The position numbers and the translations under genes were made by a program. This document shows positions 29,906-39,755 of a stretch of DNA of 64,000 nt, piece after piece; the stretch's first letter is position 1; the number at the start of each line of letters is the position of its first letter. Origin of the DNA: Actinomycetes bacterium (GTDB lineage: Bacteria > Auribacterota > JAJCYG01); assembly GCA_029263055.1 (NCBI GenBank), contig JAJCYG010000036.1, positions 6,708 to 70,707 on the forward strand, read 5' to 3'. The notes under the pieces are model-generated. The model had not been told where the DNA came from. It made no database searches and was given only the letters and a program-made list of their open reading frames with translations.

Positions 29906-30676
29906 ATGTTATCGATTAAAAATTTACATGCCAATATAGACAACACAGAAATCTTGCAAGGGATTAACTTGGAGATTAAAAAAGGTGAAGTTCATGCCAT
30001 TATGGGACCCAACGGTTCGGGTAAGAGCACTTTGGCTAAAATTTTAGCTGGAGACCCTAAGTATGCAGTCACTGAGGGAGAAGTTCTTTATAACGGAAAA
30101 AACCTTTTTGATTTAGCTCCTGAAGAGCGCGCTCAACAAGGGGTTTTTATGGCGTTTCAATATCCAGTGGAAGTGCCAGGTGTGAAGAATGAACCTTTCT
30201 TGCGGATGGCTTACAACGCTAAGCTTAAAGCAGAAGGCAAAGATGAATTAGATCCGATTGAGTTTGAATCTGTGGTTAAAGAAAAGTTAAAAATTGTAGA
30301 AATGTCTGAAGATTTTCTTAAACGAAATGTGAACCATGGTTTTTCGGGTGGAGAAAAGAAACGAAACGAAATTTTGCAAATGGCTGTACTTGAGCCTAAG
30401 CTAGGTCTGTTAGATGAAACCGATTCAGGTTTAGATGTCGATGCATTGCGTATTGTTGCCTCAGGTATCAATCGTTTAAAACGAGATGACAATGCGTTTG
30501 TGTTGGTGACCCACTACCAACGTATTTTAAATTATGTGGTTCCTGATTTTGTGCATGTTCTTTATAAAGGAAAGATTGTTCGTTCTGGCGGTAAAGAGTT
30601 AGCTCTTGAAGTTGAAGAGAACGGATATGACACCATTATTAAAGAGCAGTGCAAAGTGGTGACAGGGGGTGCCTGA
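29906..30676 (+). CDS. sufC: Fe-S assembly ATPase SufC (start 29906)
   Basis: GPNGSGKS, FSGGEKKRNE, LDETDSGLD; AAGGAG SD before ATG 29906. Confidence 0.97.
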   Translation: MLSIKNLHANIDNTEILQGINLEIKKGEVHAIMGPNGSGKSTLAKILAGDPKYAVTEGEVLYNGKNLFDLAPEERAQQGVFMAFQYPVEVPGVKNEPFLRMAYNAKLKAEGKDELDPIEFESVVKEKLKIVEMSEDFLKRNVNHGFSGGEKKRNEILQMAVLEPKLGLLDETDSGLDVDALRIVASGINRLKRDDNAFVLVTHYQRILNYVVPDFVHVLYKGKIVRSGGKELALEVEENGYDTIIKEQCKVVTGGA

Positions 30677-32028
30677 TGAGCGACGCGATCAAAACTCCTT
30701 ATCAAGTCTCTTTAGAAGAGGACTATGAACATCAGTCTGTCGATGTCAATGAATGGTTGAAGCAAACACGTGCCACTGCTTTTGAACGTTTCCACGAATT
30801 AGACTTCCCCACTAAAAAAGATGAAGCGTGGAAATACGCTAATTTAAATCCTCTATTAAAAACCTCTTTTTCTACAGCCACTAAAAAAGAGCAAATAGAG
30901 ATTGAGCCTCAAGCCATTGAGTCTCATTTTTTAACTAAAGGGTCTCACCGTTTGACTTTTATTAATGGGATCTCTTCGCCTCAGTTTTCCTCTGCAGATA
31001 ATTTGCCTGAAGGGGTGAAACTACAATCTTTAGCTGAAGCGCTTGTGGAACAGCCTGAATGGGTTCAAGCTGAACTTAAGAGTGGTTTAAAAGAAGAGTT
31101 AAATCCTTTTGCCTCAATCAATACCTTTAGCTTTCAAGAAGGTGTTTGTTTGACGATTGCTGATGATGTTGTTGTTGATCTGCCAATTCATTTGCTTTTT
31201 GCGGGTGTGGGCAAGGATCAGTCTTTGGCTAATTACCCTCGAGTGATTCTTTCAATAGGTAATGGAGCGAAGGTAAACCTTTTGTTTGATTCTATTGGTA
31301 TCACTGCTTCTTCCCGTTTTTCTAATAGTTTGCTTGATTTGCACTTAGGGCGTAATTCACGTCTGGATTTTGTGCTGTTGCAACGCGAAGAGGCAAAAGC
31401 TTTTCAGTTTTTTACAACGCGCGCACGTTTGCAAGAAGGGGCTACTTTGGACTATGTGGGCTATTCTCGTGGTGGCGAAATCTTGCGCAATGAAGCGGTC
31501 ATTGATTTTGAGGGAGAAAATGCTTTTGCTGATCTGCGCTTTCTTTCGGTCTTGTCTGAAAAGACAAAATTTTACAATCATATAGTGATGAATCATAAAG
31601 TGCCAGGGTGTACGAGCCGGCAATTAAGTAAAAATATTTTAGCGGATAAAGCACAAACAGAATTTAATAGTTTGGTTTCAGTTTTTCGCGATGCCCAAAA
31701 ATCAGATACAGATCAGCTTAATCGAAATTTGTTGTTGTCTGATTCAGCTCGCGCATATTCACGCCCTCAATTAAAGATTGATGCTGATGATGTGCAGTGC
31801 GCACATGGAGCCGCAACAGGTCATTTGGTTGGAGACGAACTTTTTTACCTTCGAAGCCGCGGCATTGATAAAAAACTAGCCAGTTTTTTATTAACCTATA
31901 GCTTTGCTGATGAAGTCTTAAATTCGATTCCTTTTCCTGAATTGCGTTACTTTCTTGAAAATGAAGTGCATCATGAATTAGATTCTATTTTAGAAAAAGT
32001 GCAGCCAGAAAATATTGGAGTGGTTTAA
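30676..32028 (+). CDS. sufD: Fe-S assembly protein SufD (start 30676)
   Basis: EAWKY, AQKSD, PQLKIDADDVQCAHGA, FYLRSRGI; TGATG coupling to sufC. Confidence 0.95.
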   Translation: MSDAIKTPYQVSLEEDYEHQSVDVNEWLKQTRATAFERFHELDFPTKKDEAWKYANLNPLLKTSFSTATKKEQIEIEPQAIESHFLTKGSHRLTFINGISSPQFSSADNLPEGVKLQSLAEALVEQPEWVQAELKSGLKEELNPFASINTFSFQEGVCLTIADDVVVDLPIHLLFAGVGKDQSLANYPRVILSIGNGAKVNLLFDSIGITASSRFSNSLLDLHLGRNSRLDFVLLQREEAKAFQFFTTRARLQEGATLDYVGYSRGGEILRNEAVIDFEGENAFADLRFLSVLSEKTKFYNHIVMNHKVPGCTSRQLSKNILADKAQTEFNSLVSVFRDAQKSDTDQLNRNLLLSDSARAYSRPQLKIDADDVQCAHGAATGHLVGDELFYLRSRGIDKKLASFLLTYSFADEVLNSIPFPELRYFLENEVHHELDSILEKVQPENIGVV

Positions 32029-33264
32029 GTGAGTACAAAGACAGAAATTATCAATATTGAGCAAATCCGAAAAGACTTTCCGATTCTGAGCACTCAGATG
32101 AATGGAAAACCGCTTGTTTATTTGGATAATGCAGCAAGCACGCAAAAGCCTCAATCTGTGATTGATCGTCTTACAAAGTTTTACCGTGATGAATATGCAA
32201 CGGTGAGTCGGGGTGTGTATGCGTTAAGCCAGCAAGCCACGATTGAGTGTATGCAAGTGCGTGAAAAATGTGCGCAATTACTTAATGCCGCTAAATCAGA
32301 AGAGATCGTCTTTGTTCGAGGCGCTACCGAAGGAATTAACTTAATTGCTTCAGCCTATGGTGAAAAATTTTTAAAGCCAGGCGATGAAGTGATTGTGAGT
32401 AATATTGAACACCATGCTAATTTTGTGCCGTGGCAACAACTCTGCAAGAAAGTAGGGGCTGCGTTTAAAGTGATTCCTGTTAATGATGCAGGGGAGCTTC
32501 TTTTAGATGAATACAAACAGCTCTTAACGGATAAAACAAAAATTGTGGCAGTGGGCCAAGTTTCTAATGCATTGGGCACCATTAACCCTATTAAAGAAAT
32601 CGTTGCTTTAGCTCATGGAGTGGGAGCTATTACGGTGATTGATGGGGCCCAAGGTGTCCCTCATTTAAAGACTGATGTGCAAGATATTGACGCTGACTTT
32701 TACGTTTTTTCAGGTCACAAAATATTTGCTCCAACAGGAATTGGTGTTGTTTACGGTAAAGAAAAGCTTTTAGAGGCAATGGATCCGTACCAATATGGTG
32801 GAGAAATGGTTCAAAGTGTTTCAATCGAAGAGACTACTTTTGCTCAAGTCCCACAAAAATTTGAAGCAGGAACCACTGCTTTTGCGCAGATCATTGGCTT
32901 AGGTGCCGCATTAGATTATGTAAACAAGATTGGTTTGGATAACATTGCTGCATATGAACATGAGCTCTTACTTGAAGCAACCAAAAAGCTAGAAGCGGTT
33001 GAAGGTCTTCGCATTATTGGGACGGCTGTTAACAAAGCTTCAGTGATTTCATTTGAATTGAAAGATATTCATCCTCATGATATTGGAACGATCGTTGACC
33101 AAGAAGGGGTGGCCATCCGAACAGGCCATCACTGTGCTCAACCCACCATGCAACGTTTTGGCGTGCCTGCCACAGCCCGTGCCTCATTTTGCTTTTACAA
33201 CACAAAAGAAGAGATTGATGCGTTGGTTGCTGCTATCGAAAAAGTAAAACAGGTTTTTTCATGA
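32029..33264 (+). CDS. sufS: Cysteine desulfurase SufS
   Basis: YLDNAAS, EHHAN, FSGHK (PLP Lys), RTGHHCAQP. Confidence 0.97.
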   Translation: MSTKTEIINIEQIRKDFPILSTQMNGKPLVYLDNAASTQKPQSVIDRLTKFYRDEYATVSRGVYALSQQATIECMQVREKCAQLLNAAKSEEIVFVRGATEGINLIASAYGEKFLKPGDEVIVSNIEHHANFVPWQQLCKKVGAAFKVIPVNDAGELLLDEYKQLLTDKTKIVAVGQVSNALGTINPIKEIVALAHGVGAITVIDGAQGVPHLKTDVQDIDADFYVFSGHKIFAPTGIGVVYGKEKLLEAMDPYQYGGEMVQSVSIEETTFAQVPQKFEAGTTAFAQIIGLGAALDYVNKIGLDNIAAYEHELLLEATKKLEAVEGLRIIGTAVNKASVISFELKDIHPHDIGTIVDQEGVAIRTGHHCAQPTMQRFGVPATARASFCFYNTKEEIDALVAAIEKVKQVFS

Positions 33265-33710
33265 TTCCTGACGCACCCGAACCCAAACTTAGTTCTCTGT
33301 ATCAAGAAGTTATTTTAGAGCACAACCGAAAACCACGTAACTACAAAGAAATCGCTGATGCTAAAAACTACGCACATGGTGTGAATCCGTTATGTGGAGA
33401 TGACTACCATCTCTATTTAGTTTTAGATGATCAAGGTGTGGTACAAGACGTCGGTTTTACAGGAAGTGGTTGTGCGATCTCCAAATCAAGTGCCTCAATC
33501 ATGACCACTATGGTCAAAGGTAAAAAAGTAGAAGAGTGTCAAACCCTTCTAAAATCATTCTTAGAAATGATGACCCAAGACGAAGTTTCTGCAGAGTCTA
33601 AAGAAAACATTGGCCGTCTCTCTATGTTCGGCGGCGTCAAAGAATTCCCCATCCGCGTCAAATGCGCCACCCTTATCTGGCATGCTCTTGCCGATGCTTT
33701 AAAAGGTTAG
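33261..33710 (+). CDS. sufU: SufU/IscU-type sulfur transfer protein
   Basis: LYQEVILEH, NPLCGD, GCAIS, RVKCATL. Confidence 0.95.
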   Translation: MIPDAPEPKLSSLYQEVILEHNRKPRNYKEIADAKNYAHGVNPLCGDDYHLYLVLDDQGVVQDVGFTGSGCAISKSSASIMTTMVKGKKVEECQTLLKSFLEMMTQDEVSAESKENIGRLSMFGGVKEFPIRVKCATLIWHALADALKG

Positions 33711-33777
33711 ATCCTTTACTTTGTCCTGAATGGCTCGCATTACTTATTTAAAATGGTTCTTGGTGTTTATTTGAGTG

Positions 33778-33806
33778 TTGACAAAAGGCATACATTGTAT
33801 TAATAT
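33778..33806 (+). promoter_or_regulatory. sigma70-type promoter of the TA operon with palindrome ATACA-T-TGTAT in the spacer
   Basis: TTGACA-N17-TAATAT ending 6 bp before the ATG, so the transcript is probably leaderless. Confidence 0.55.
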
Positions 33807-33812
33807 GAAGTT

Positions 33813-34109
33813 ATGCTTATCTACTCTTGGAATATTGAAAAGAATAAACAATTAAAGAAAGAGAGAGGTGTTTCTTTCGAAGAGGTGGTTTGCCGTTTAG
33901 AGGAGGGAGATGGGTTGGATGTTGTGACTCATCCGAATCAAACAAAGTATAAAGGGCAAAAAATGTTGATTGTTCGGATAAGTGATTATGTTTATTTGGT
34001 TCCTTTTGTAGAAAATAAGGGAGAACGGTTTTTAAAGACAATTATACCTAGCAGAAAAGCGACAAAGATGTTCATAAAGGACGGTGAAGAAAATGACAAA
34101 GCTAACTAA
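33813..34109 (+). CDS. BrnT-like (DUF497/DUF4258) type II toxin
   Basis: WNIEKN...ERGVSFEE...HPNQ...FLKTIIPSRKATK. Confidence 0.85.
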   Translation: MLIYSWNIEKNKQLKKERGVSFEEVVCRLEEGDGLDVVTHPNQTKYKGQKMLIVRISDYVYLVPFVENKGERFLKTIIPSRKATKMFIKDGEENDKAN

Positions 34110-34371
34110 AGAAGAAAAAGAATTGTTAGAGTCTTTTGAGAGTGGAGAATGGAAGTCTGTTAAGAATAAAAAAGAGCAGTTGAAAAAATATGCTGAAATT
34201 GCTCGGGCAACACTTCAAAAAGATAAGAGAATTAACATTCGTCTTACCACGAAAGATCTGTCTGATATTAAAGTCAGGGCAATGGAAGAGGGGCTTCCTT
34301 ATCAGACGTTGATTTCTAGTGTGATTCATAAGTATGTGAATGGACGTTTGGTTGATAAAAAAGCCTCTTAG
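34084..34371 (+). CDS. Cognate antitoxin (BrnA/CopG-like ribbon-helix-helix)
   Basis: KDKRINIRL...KVRAMEEGLPYQTLISS; overlaps the toxin gene. Confidence 0.85.
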   Translation: MKKMTKLTKEEKELLESFESGEWKSVKNKKEQLKKYAEIARATLQKDKRINIRLTTKDLSDIKVRAMEEGLPYQTLISSVIHKYVNGRLVDKKAS

Positions 34372-34376
34372 AAAAA

Positions 34377-35339
34377 TTAGTGTGATTTTTTTCTGAAGGG
34401 GAGAAGGCCGAAAAGAGCTGAGCCTAGAAGGAAAAGTGTGGCTGGTTCTGGGACAGGTTCTGAAGCTTCTCCTAAAAGAGCTAATTGTCCTGGATTTGAT
34501 AATCCTGTTACCACGTTTTCTATGTTTGAGTTTAAGCCGTCAAAATCTGCACGCCTAATACTCTTTGCTGCGCCGTCATCAGTATAATAAATTTTTCCAG
34601 CTGTGATATCTAAGTCAATCCCATAGGGAATGCCTAATCCTGTTGTTATGACACTTTCTATATTTGAATTTAAGCCATTCATATTTGCGCGGCTAATATC
34701 GCCACTTCCTGAATAATAGACCTTTCCAGCATCGACGTCTAATGTCACATCATAAAGGCTAGCTACTCCTGTGACAACGTCTTCTACGTTTGATCCATCT
34801 AAATTTGCACGTTGTACCTTATCTGTAGTAATATCTGCCCAATATATTTTTCCATTGGTTGAGTCTACATCAATTCCATATGCCCCTGATAACCCGCCAA
34901 TGCCTAAATCTTCAACATTCGATCCATCTAAATTTGCTCGTTTGATAAAGTTGTTTCCAAAATCTGTAAAGTACATTTTTCCACCTGCTACATCTAAGTC
35001 TAAGCCCCAGGTGTTGGAGAGTCCTGCTGCTGCGGTTACTAATGTTTCAACATTATTACCATCAAAATCAGCTCGTTGGATTAAATCTGTTCCATAATCA
35101 GCCCAGTAGACTTTTGAGTTGACGGAATCAACTGCTATAGCGAATGGGTTTGATAATCCAGTTACAATGTCAGTGACATTAGATCCATCTTTATCACCAC
35201 TGGTTATTTTGCCTGTGGCCCATTCAGCCCAAAACATTTCAGCAGCTTTTGCTTGATGGGTGAATCCGAATATAAAAAGAAGGATAAGGCAGGAAATTGT
35301 AATAAATGATACATGTCTCAAATGTTTGATTTGTTTCAA
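34377..35339 (-). CDS. PEP-CTERM surface protein with LDL-receptor class B (YWTD) beta-propeller repeats
   Basis: Signal peptide; YWAD/YFTD/YYTD repeats with RANLDGSNVE; C-terminal VPEPATLFLLGSALFGLLPFRKK. Confidence 0.88.
   Translation of the reverse strand: MKQIKHLRHVSFITISCLILLFIFGFTHQAKAAEMFWAEWATGKITSGDKDGSNVTDIVTGLSNPFAIAVDSVNSKVYWADYGTDLIQRADFDGNNVETLVTAAAGLSNTWGLDLDVAGGKMYFTDFGNNFIKRANLDGSNVEDLGIGGLSGAYGIDVDSTNGKIYWADITTDKVQRANLDGSNVEDVVTGVASLYDVTLDVDAGKVYYSGSGDISRANMNGLNSNIESVITTGLGIPYGIDLDITAGKIYYTDDGAAKSIRRADFDGLNSNIENVVTGLSNPGQLALLGEASEPVPEPATLFLLGSALFGLLPFRKKSH
34387..34452. repeat. 66-bp direct repeat encoding the PEP-CTERM anchor, copy 1
   Basis: 65/66 identical to 35441-35506. 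Confidence 0.9.
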
Positions 35340-35430
35340 AACATCCTCACTTTGTATAACTTAAATATACCACATTTCTGAGGGTTTATAAAGGGCTTGG
35401 ACCGAACGTTACAGTGAGTCATAAAAGGTG

Positions 35431-37170
35431 TTATTTCAGCTTTTTTCTGAAGGGGAGGAGGCCGAAAAGAGCTGAGCCTAGAAGGAAAAGTGTGGCTGGT
35501 TCTGGGTTGACACCGACTCCAAATGGAGATAAAGAAGCACTGGCAAAGGATGCTGTGAGTGTGTTGCCCACAGTGTCTCGGCTAAGAATCGTTCCTTGTT
35601 CAAGTGTGACCCCACCAATCAAATGGAAAATTTGAAGTTGTTCTTCAGTATAACCAAGTGCGCCGATTTGGGCATCAAAGTCTGCTTGTTCATAACTTAA
35701 GACAAGCGTCATTCCGTTTCCTGCAGTGAATGTGGCTGTGGAAGCAATTTCAAAAATCGATGTGCTGATTAAAGCTCCTACCGCATCATCGCTAAGAAAG
35801 GAATCAATTACACCTTGATCCACAACAAGGGTTTTAGTGGTGTCTCCATTAGCAGTGACAGTGCCAAACTGAACCGTGTCATCTCCAACTAAATCGACTA
35901 AAACATCAGTCCCTATGAGAGTGTTATTAAATGTGAGGAGGCCTGTTTCAGCATAAACATCATTTCCTTTATCAAATGTGTCGACAAAGTTTGTCCAGGT
36001 AATAACCCAGTTGCCTGTATCATTGAGGGCCACTTTAGGACGTGGCAAGTTTTGTGAAAAGTCACTACGCGTATCATGAGTTGTTGTATCAATGGAGAAT
36101 TGTCCTCCGTTGGCTGTTCCGCTAGAATCAAATGAGCGAGCGTAAACCGTGTCTGTTGTGGCCCCGTCATATCGGTTCCAAGTGACGATAAAGTTACCAC
36201 TTGAATCAATAGCAATATCAGGATGTTCATTGTTTGAAAGAGCAAGGTCATTGACTTGGAAGTCTGCTCCTAATGCGTTCCCAGAACTATCGAATCGACG
36301 AGCTTTGATGTTTCCATCTGTTGCTGCCCAAACCGCAATAAAGTTTCCTGCATCATCCATTGCGACTTGTGGATCGCCTGTAGATGAATTTGTTCCTGTT
36401 GAAGAGTTGATTTGAAATTGAGATTTGCCATTAATGATGGTGTTACTTGAGTTATATAAAGAACCAAAGAGTGTGCCGCTAGATGACCAAAGAGCTAACG
36501 CGTTTCCGTTTGCAGCAAGCGTAATATCATTAGAGAAAAAGTTAGCAGATAAATCTGCTCCTGTAGCAGCAGTAATTCTACTCCCAACAGCTGTACCAGA
36601 AGAATTATAGCGTTGAAAATTATGGATCGCACCACTGTGCACCATCCAGCTAACGATTGAGTCACCTGAATCATTAATCGCAACAGAAGGAGCGCTTTGA
36701 GCACCAGCTCCGCCATGGACTGTGACTTCAGTTCCGGGTAGTCCTGTACCAAAAGAGCCTAAATTTCTAAAAAGATCTGTTCCTGAAGCAAAAGGGTTAA
36801 TTGATATTCCAACAATATAATTTCCTGAAGCATTCATGGCTGTGCTAGAGGTTGAATAATTATAGTTTGAAAGATGAGGACCTTTTAAAGAGACTTCTGT
36901 GCCATCGACTGCTGTTGTGTTTGCATTAAAGCGTCGTGAATAAATTTGTGCAGTTGGACTTCCGGTTCCTAGACTGGGTACGTCAAAGTTAGAATCATCA
37001 TTCCACGAAATAAGAAATTGCCCACTCGAATCAATGCCAACTTCAGGACGGTATTGGTTAAAGGCATCAATGGTGTTTACTTTAAATGCTGCTGAAAAGG
37101 ATAGAGAAGGAAAGAGGACTCCTAGAACAAAACTTCCAAAAACCACTGCTGAAAAATTCTTAGATAACAA
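35431..37170 (-). CDS. PEP-CTERM surface protein with PxVAxDxxGNFxVxW propeller-like repeats
   Basis: Signal peptide; repeats such as PQVAMDDAGNFIAVW and PDIAIDSSGNFIVTW; C-terminal NPEPATLFLLGSALFGLLPFRKK. Confidence 0.85.
   Translation of the reverse strand: MLSKNFSAVVFGSFVLGVLFPSLSFSAAFKVNTIDAFNQYRPEVGIDSSGQFLISWNDDSNFDVPSLGTGSPTAQIYSRRFNANTTAVDGTEVSLKGPHLSNYNYSTSSTAMNASGNYIVGISINPFASGTDLFRNLGSFGTGLPGTEVTVHGGAGAQSAPSVAINDSGDSIVSWMVHSGAIHNFQRYNSSGTAVGSRITAATGADLSANFFSNDITLAANGNALALWSSSGTLFGSLYNSSNTIINGKSQFQINSSTGTNSSTGDPQVAMDDAGNFIAVWAATDGNIKARRFDSSGNALGADFQVNDLALSNNEHPDIAIDSSGNFIVTWNRYDGATTDTVYARSFDSSGTANGGQFSIDTTTHDTRSDFSQNLPRPKVALNDTGNWVITWTNFVDTFDKGNDVYAETGLLTFNNTLIGTDVLVDLVGDDTVQFGTVTANGDTTKTLVVDQGVIDSFLSDDAVGALISTSIFEIASTATFTAGNGMTLVLSYEQADFDAQIGALGYTEEQLQIFHLIGGVTLEQGTILSRDTVGNTLTASFASASLSPFGVGVNPEPATLFLLGSALFGLLPFRKKLK
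35441..35506. repeat. 66-bp direct repeat encoding the PEP-CTERM anchor, copy 2
   Basis: 65/66 identical to 34387-34452. Confidence 0.9.
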
Positions 37171-37200
37171 TATGATTTACAACTCCTTCTTATATAAATA

Positions 37201-37229
37201 AATATACATTAATATTAATGTATTGTCAA
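37201..37229 (-). promoter_or_regulatory. sigma70 promoter TTGACA-N17-TATATT with a 20-bp perfect palindrome over the spacer
   Basis: Minus strand reads TTGACA ATACATTAATATTAATG TATATT; palindrome ATACATTAATATTAATGTAT at 37204-37223. Confidence 0.65.
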
Positions 37230-37257
37230 TTTGGTTTATAGGCCTGATGCTTAGAGG

Positions 37258-37286
37258 TTGCCAAGCTGAGGGGTTTGTGGCACAAT
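37258..37286 (+). promoter_or_regulatory. Putative sigma70 promoter of gltA
   Basis: TTGCCA-N17-CACAAT with extended -10 TG. Confidence 0.4.
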
Positions 37287-37314
37287 TTTGGGCTCTAGAT
37301 GAGGGAATATAGGT

Positions 37315-38622
37315 ATGTTGGAGGAATTGGTGGGCGAGTCGACAAGTGTGAATCTAAATGGGAAAGTAGTTGAGCTACCTGTAGTTACAGGAAGCGAAGG
37401 AGAGAAAGGGCTTGATGTTTCTCAACTTCGTAAAGAGAGCGGCTATATTACCCTAGACCCTGCCTATGGGAATACAGGGGCCTGCGAAAGTTCGATCTGC
37501 TTTATTGATGGGGAAAAGGGAATCTTGCGTTACTGGGGAATCCCAATTGAGCAGCTCGCAGAAAAATCTAGTTTTATTGAAACAACTTATCTTTTACTTT
37601 ATGGCAAATTACCTAGCCAACAAGAACTGACTCAACTGAGTCAACGAATTTCAAAGAATTTAACCATTCCTGATTTAGTTAAAAAACTTTATTCAAATTT
37701 TTCAGATGAAACTCATCCTATGGCTTTGCTTTCTGCGGTTGTTAGTGCGTTGTCAGGCTATGATAAAAAACAATCTTCATTAGAACAATCAGAAGTAGAT
37801 ATTGATGAAACGTCCATTCGATTGATTGGTCAGTTTCCTGCGATTGCTGCTGCGATCTATCGTAAAAAAATTGGCAAAGAATTTATTGAGCCAGATCCCA
37901 AAGCAACCTATACAGAAAATTTAGTTCGCATGATGTTTGGTGAAACTGATTTAGAAAAACAAATCACACCTGAAGCGATTGAAGCTTTAGATATGTTGTT
38001 GATTCTCCACGCTGATCACGAACAAAACTGCTCTACTTCAGCGGTACAATTGGTTGGAAGCAGCCGCACGAATTTGTATGCTTCGATTGCTGCTGGCATT
38101 GCGGCGTTGTGGGGGCCTTGGCACGGTGGAGCTAATCAAGATGTAATGGTAATGCTGCAAAAGATTAAAGATTCAGGTGGCGATGTTCAAAAATATGTTG
38201 AGATTGCTAAAGACAAAAATTCTAAGGTTCGTCTTTCTGGTTTTGGCCACCGTGTGTACAAAACATTTGATCCACGTGCTAAAGTGATTAAATCAGTCTG
38301 TGACAAAGTGCTTGAAAAGATGGGGGTCAATAATCCTTTACTTGAGATTGCTAAAGAATTAGAACAAACCGCACTTCAAGATGAATACTTTATTCAGCGT
38401 AAGCTCTACCCTAATGTTGATTTTTACAGTGGGATTATTTATAAAGCGATTGGCATTCCGACAGATATGTTTACTGTGATGTTTGCTATGGGACGCTTGC
38501 CGGGTTGGATTGCGCATTGGAAAGAAATGCTCACCAGCAAGCCATCTCGTATTGGTCGCCCACGTCAAATTTATGTGGGACCAACTAAAACAGATTACAC
38601 GCCTGTAGACCAAAGAAGTTAG
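37315..38622 (+). CDS. gltA: Citrate synthase
   Basis: LHADHEQNCST, GPWHGGAN, GFGHRVYK, LYPNVDFYSG. Confidence 0.97.
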   Translation: MLEELVGESTSVNLNGKVVELPVVTGSEGEKGLDVSQLRKESGYITLDPAYGNTGACESSICFIDGEKGILRYWGIPIEQLAEKSSFIETTYLLLYGKLPSQQELTQLSQRISKNLTIPDLVKKLYSNFSDETHPMALLSAVVSALSGYDKKQSSLEQSEVDIDETSIRLIGQFPAIAAAIYRKKIGKEFIEPDPKATYTENLVRMMFGETDLEKQITPEAIEALDMLLILHADHEQNCSTSAVQLVGSSRTNLYASIAAGIAALWGPWHGGANQDVMVMLQKIKDSGGDVQKYVEIAKDKNSKVRLSGFGHRVYKTFDPRAKVIKSVCDKVLEKMGVNNPLLEIAKELEQTALQDEYFIQRKLYPNVDFYSGIIYKAIGIPTDMFTVMFAMGRLPGWIAHWKEMLTSKPSRIGRPRQIYVGPTKTDYTPVDQRS

Positions 38623-38638
38623 TTGTTGAGATGTTGTT

Positions 38639-39121
38639 ATGAAAAATTTATTTTTATTTTTGTTTGTTCTTTCCTTTTTGTCTTCGGCGGCTTCTTTAGC
38701 CTATTCTCAAGACCAAGTTTCTAGTGAAGATGCTAAAACCCTTGAGAAAATGGAGTGGATCATTGAGACTCCTGAAGAAGTTGTGAATTTGTGCAATCGT
38801 TTTATGGACGCGATCTACTTAGGGGAAGTGAATGAAGCGTTTGAACTTTTAGAGCCTTACTTCCCTAATTCCGAAGAGAGTTTTCCCGTTCTTAAGGAAA
38901 AAACATGGAAGAAACTCCGTTATGTTGATTTAAAGATCGGTCGGATGCTCGGCTATGATCTAGTTCGTCAAGATGTGCATGGAGGCCGTATTGGCCGGTT
39001 TGTTTATGTGACCCGTTATGATGACTATATGTTTCAGTGGACTTTTATCATGATGAAACCTGATAAGACCTGGAAAGTGAAATCTGTTTCTTGGGATGAA
39101 AAAATTAAAGAGATTTTCTAG
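38639..39121 (+). CDS. Exported hypothetical protein
   Basis: Signal peptide; 160-aa ORF within an operon. Confidence 0.7.
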   Translation: MKNLFLFLFVLSFLSSAASLAYSQDQVSSEDAKTLEKMEWIIETPEEVVNLCNRFMDAIYLGEVNEAFELLEPYFPNSEESFPVLKEKTWKKLRYVDLKIGRMLGYDLVRQDVHGGRIGRFVYVTRYDDYMFQWTFIMMKPDKTWKVKSVSWDEKIKEIF

Positions 39122-39755
39122 TCTATTTTTTCTTCTTTCAAGTCTGGCTTGGGGTGAAAATCAAATGACCATTGTTGCCTTAGGTGATTCCATTACAGCA
39201 GGGACCCCTGCTTTTTTATCTCCCGTAGAATCTCCCCCTAATGGTTTTGGTAATGAGAAAAGCCAATATGGTTATTGGGTTATGCAGCAGCACCCGCAAT
39301 GGACCCTCTTAAATCGAGGTGTGGGTGGAGAGCGTTCAGATGAAATATTAAAGCGCTTTGATCGAGATGTGTTGCAAGTTAAACCCAAAGTCGTGATTGT
39401 TTTAGCCGGAGTGAATGATCTTTATCAAGGTTATGAGCCTGAGTGGGTGATCAAAAACTTAGAGAAAATCTACGCTAAAGCTGAAGCAGAGCAGATAAAA
39501 GTTTTAGCCTGCACCATTCTTCCTTATAATGGTTCGAGTCTTGAAGTACAAGAAGGAATGAACCAGATCAACCAGTGGATTCAATCTTATGCAGAAGAAA
39601 CAGGATTTGGTTTCTGCGACACGCACACATTGATGGCCCATCCTAATAATCCAAATGATTTGGTTAGTGAAGTCGATGGCATTCACCCTGATGTAGAGGG
39701 ACACAAACGATTAGGTTTGGGTATTGCTCAAGCATTAGAGAAACTGATTCAGTAA
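39096..39755 (+). CDS. SGNH/GDSL hydrolase
   Basis: GDSIT, NRGVGG, GVND, DGIHP. Confidence 0.92.
   Translation: MKKLKRFSSLFFLLSSLAWGENQMTIVALGDSITAGTPAFLSPVESPPNGFGNEKSQYGYWVMQQHPQWTLLNRGVGGERSDEILKRFDRDVLQVKPKVVIVLAGVNDLYQGYEPEWVIKNLEKIYAKAEAEQIKVLACTILPYNGSSLEVQEGMNQINQWIQSYAEETGFGFCDTHTLMAHPNNPNDLVSEVDGIHPDVEGHKRLGLGIAQALEKLIQ

Noticed and set aside
34500..35150. Repeated DNA words such as GATCCATCTAAATTTGC
   Set aside because: Explained by YWTD propeller repeats in the protein.
33813..37170. Prophage or mobile island around the TA pair
   Set aside because: No integrase, transposase, phage genes or flanking att repeats seen.
37278..37292. TGGCAC as a sigma54 promoter for gltA or the PEP-CTERM genes
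   Set aside because: No TTGC at the correct spacing; fits a sigma70 extended -10 better.
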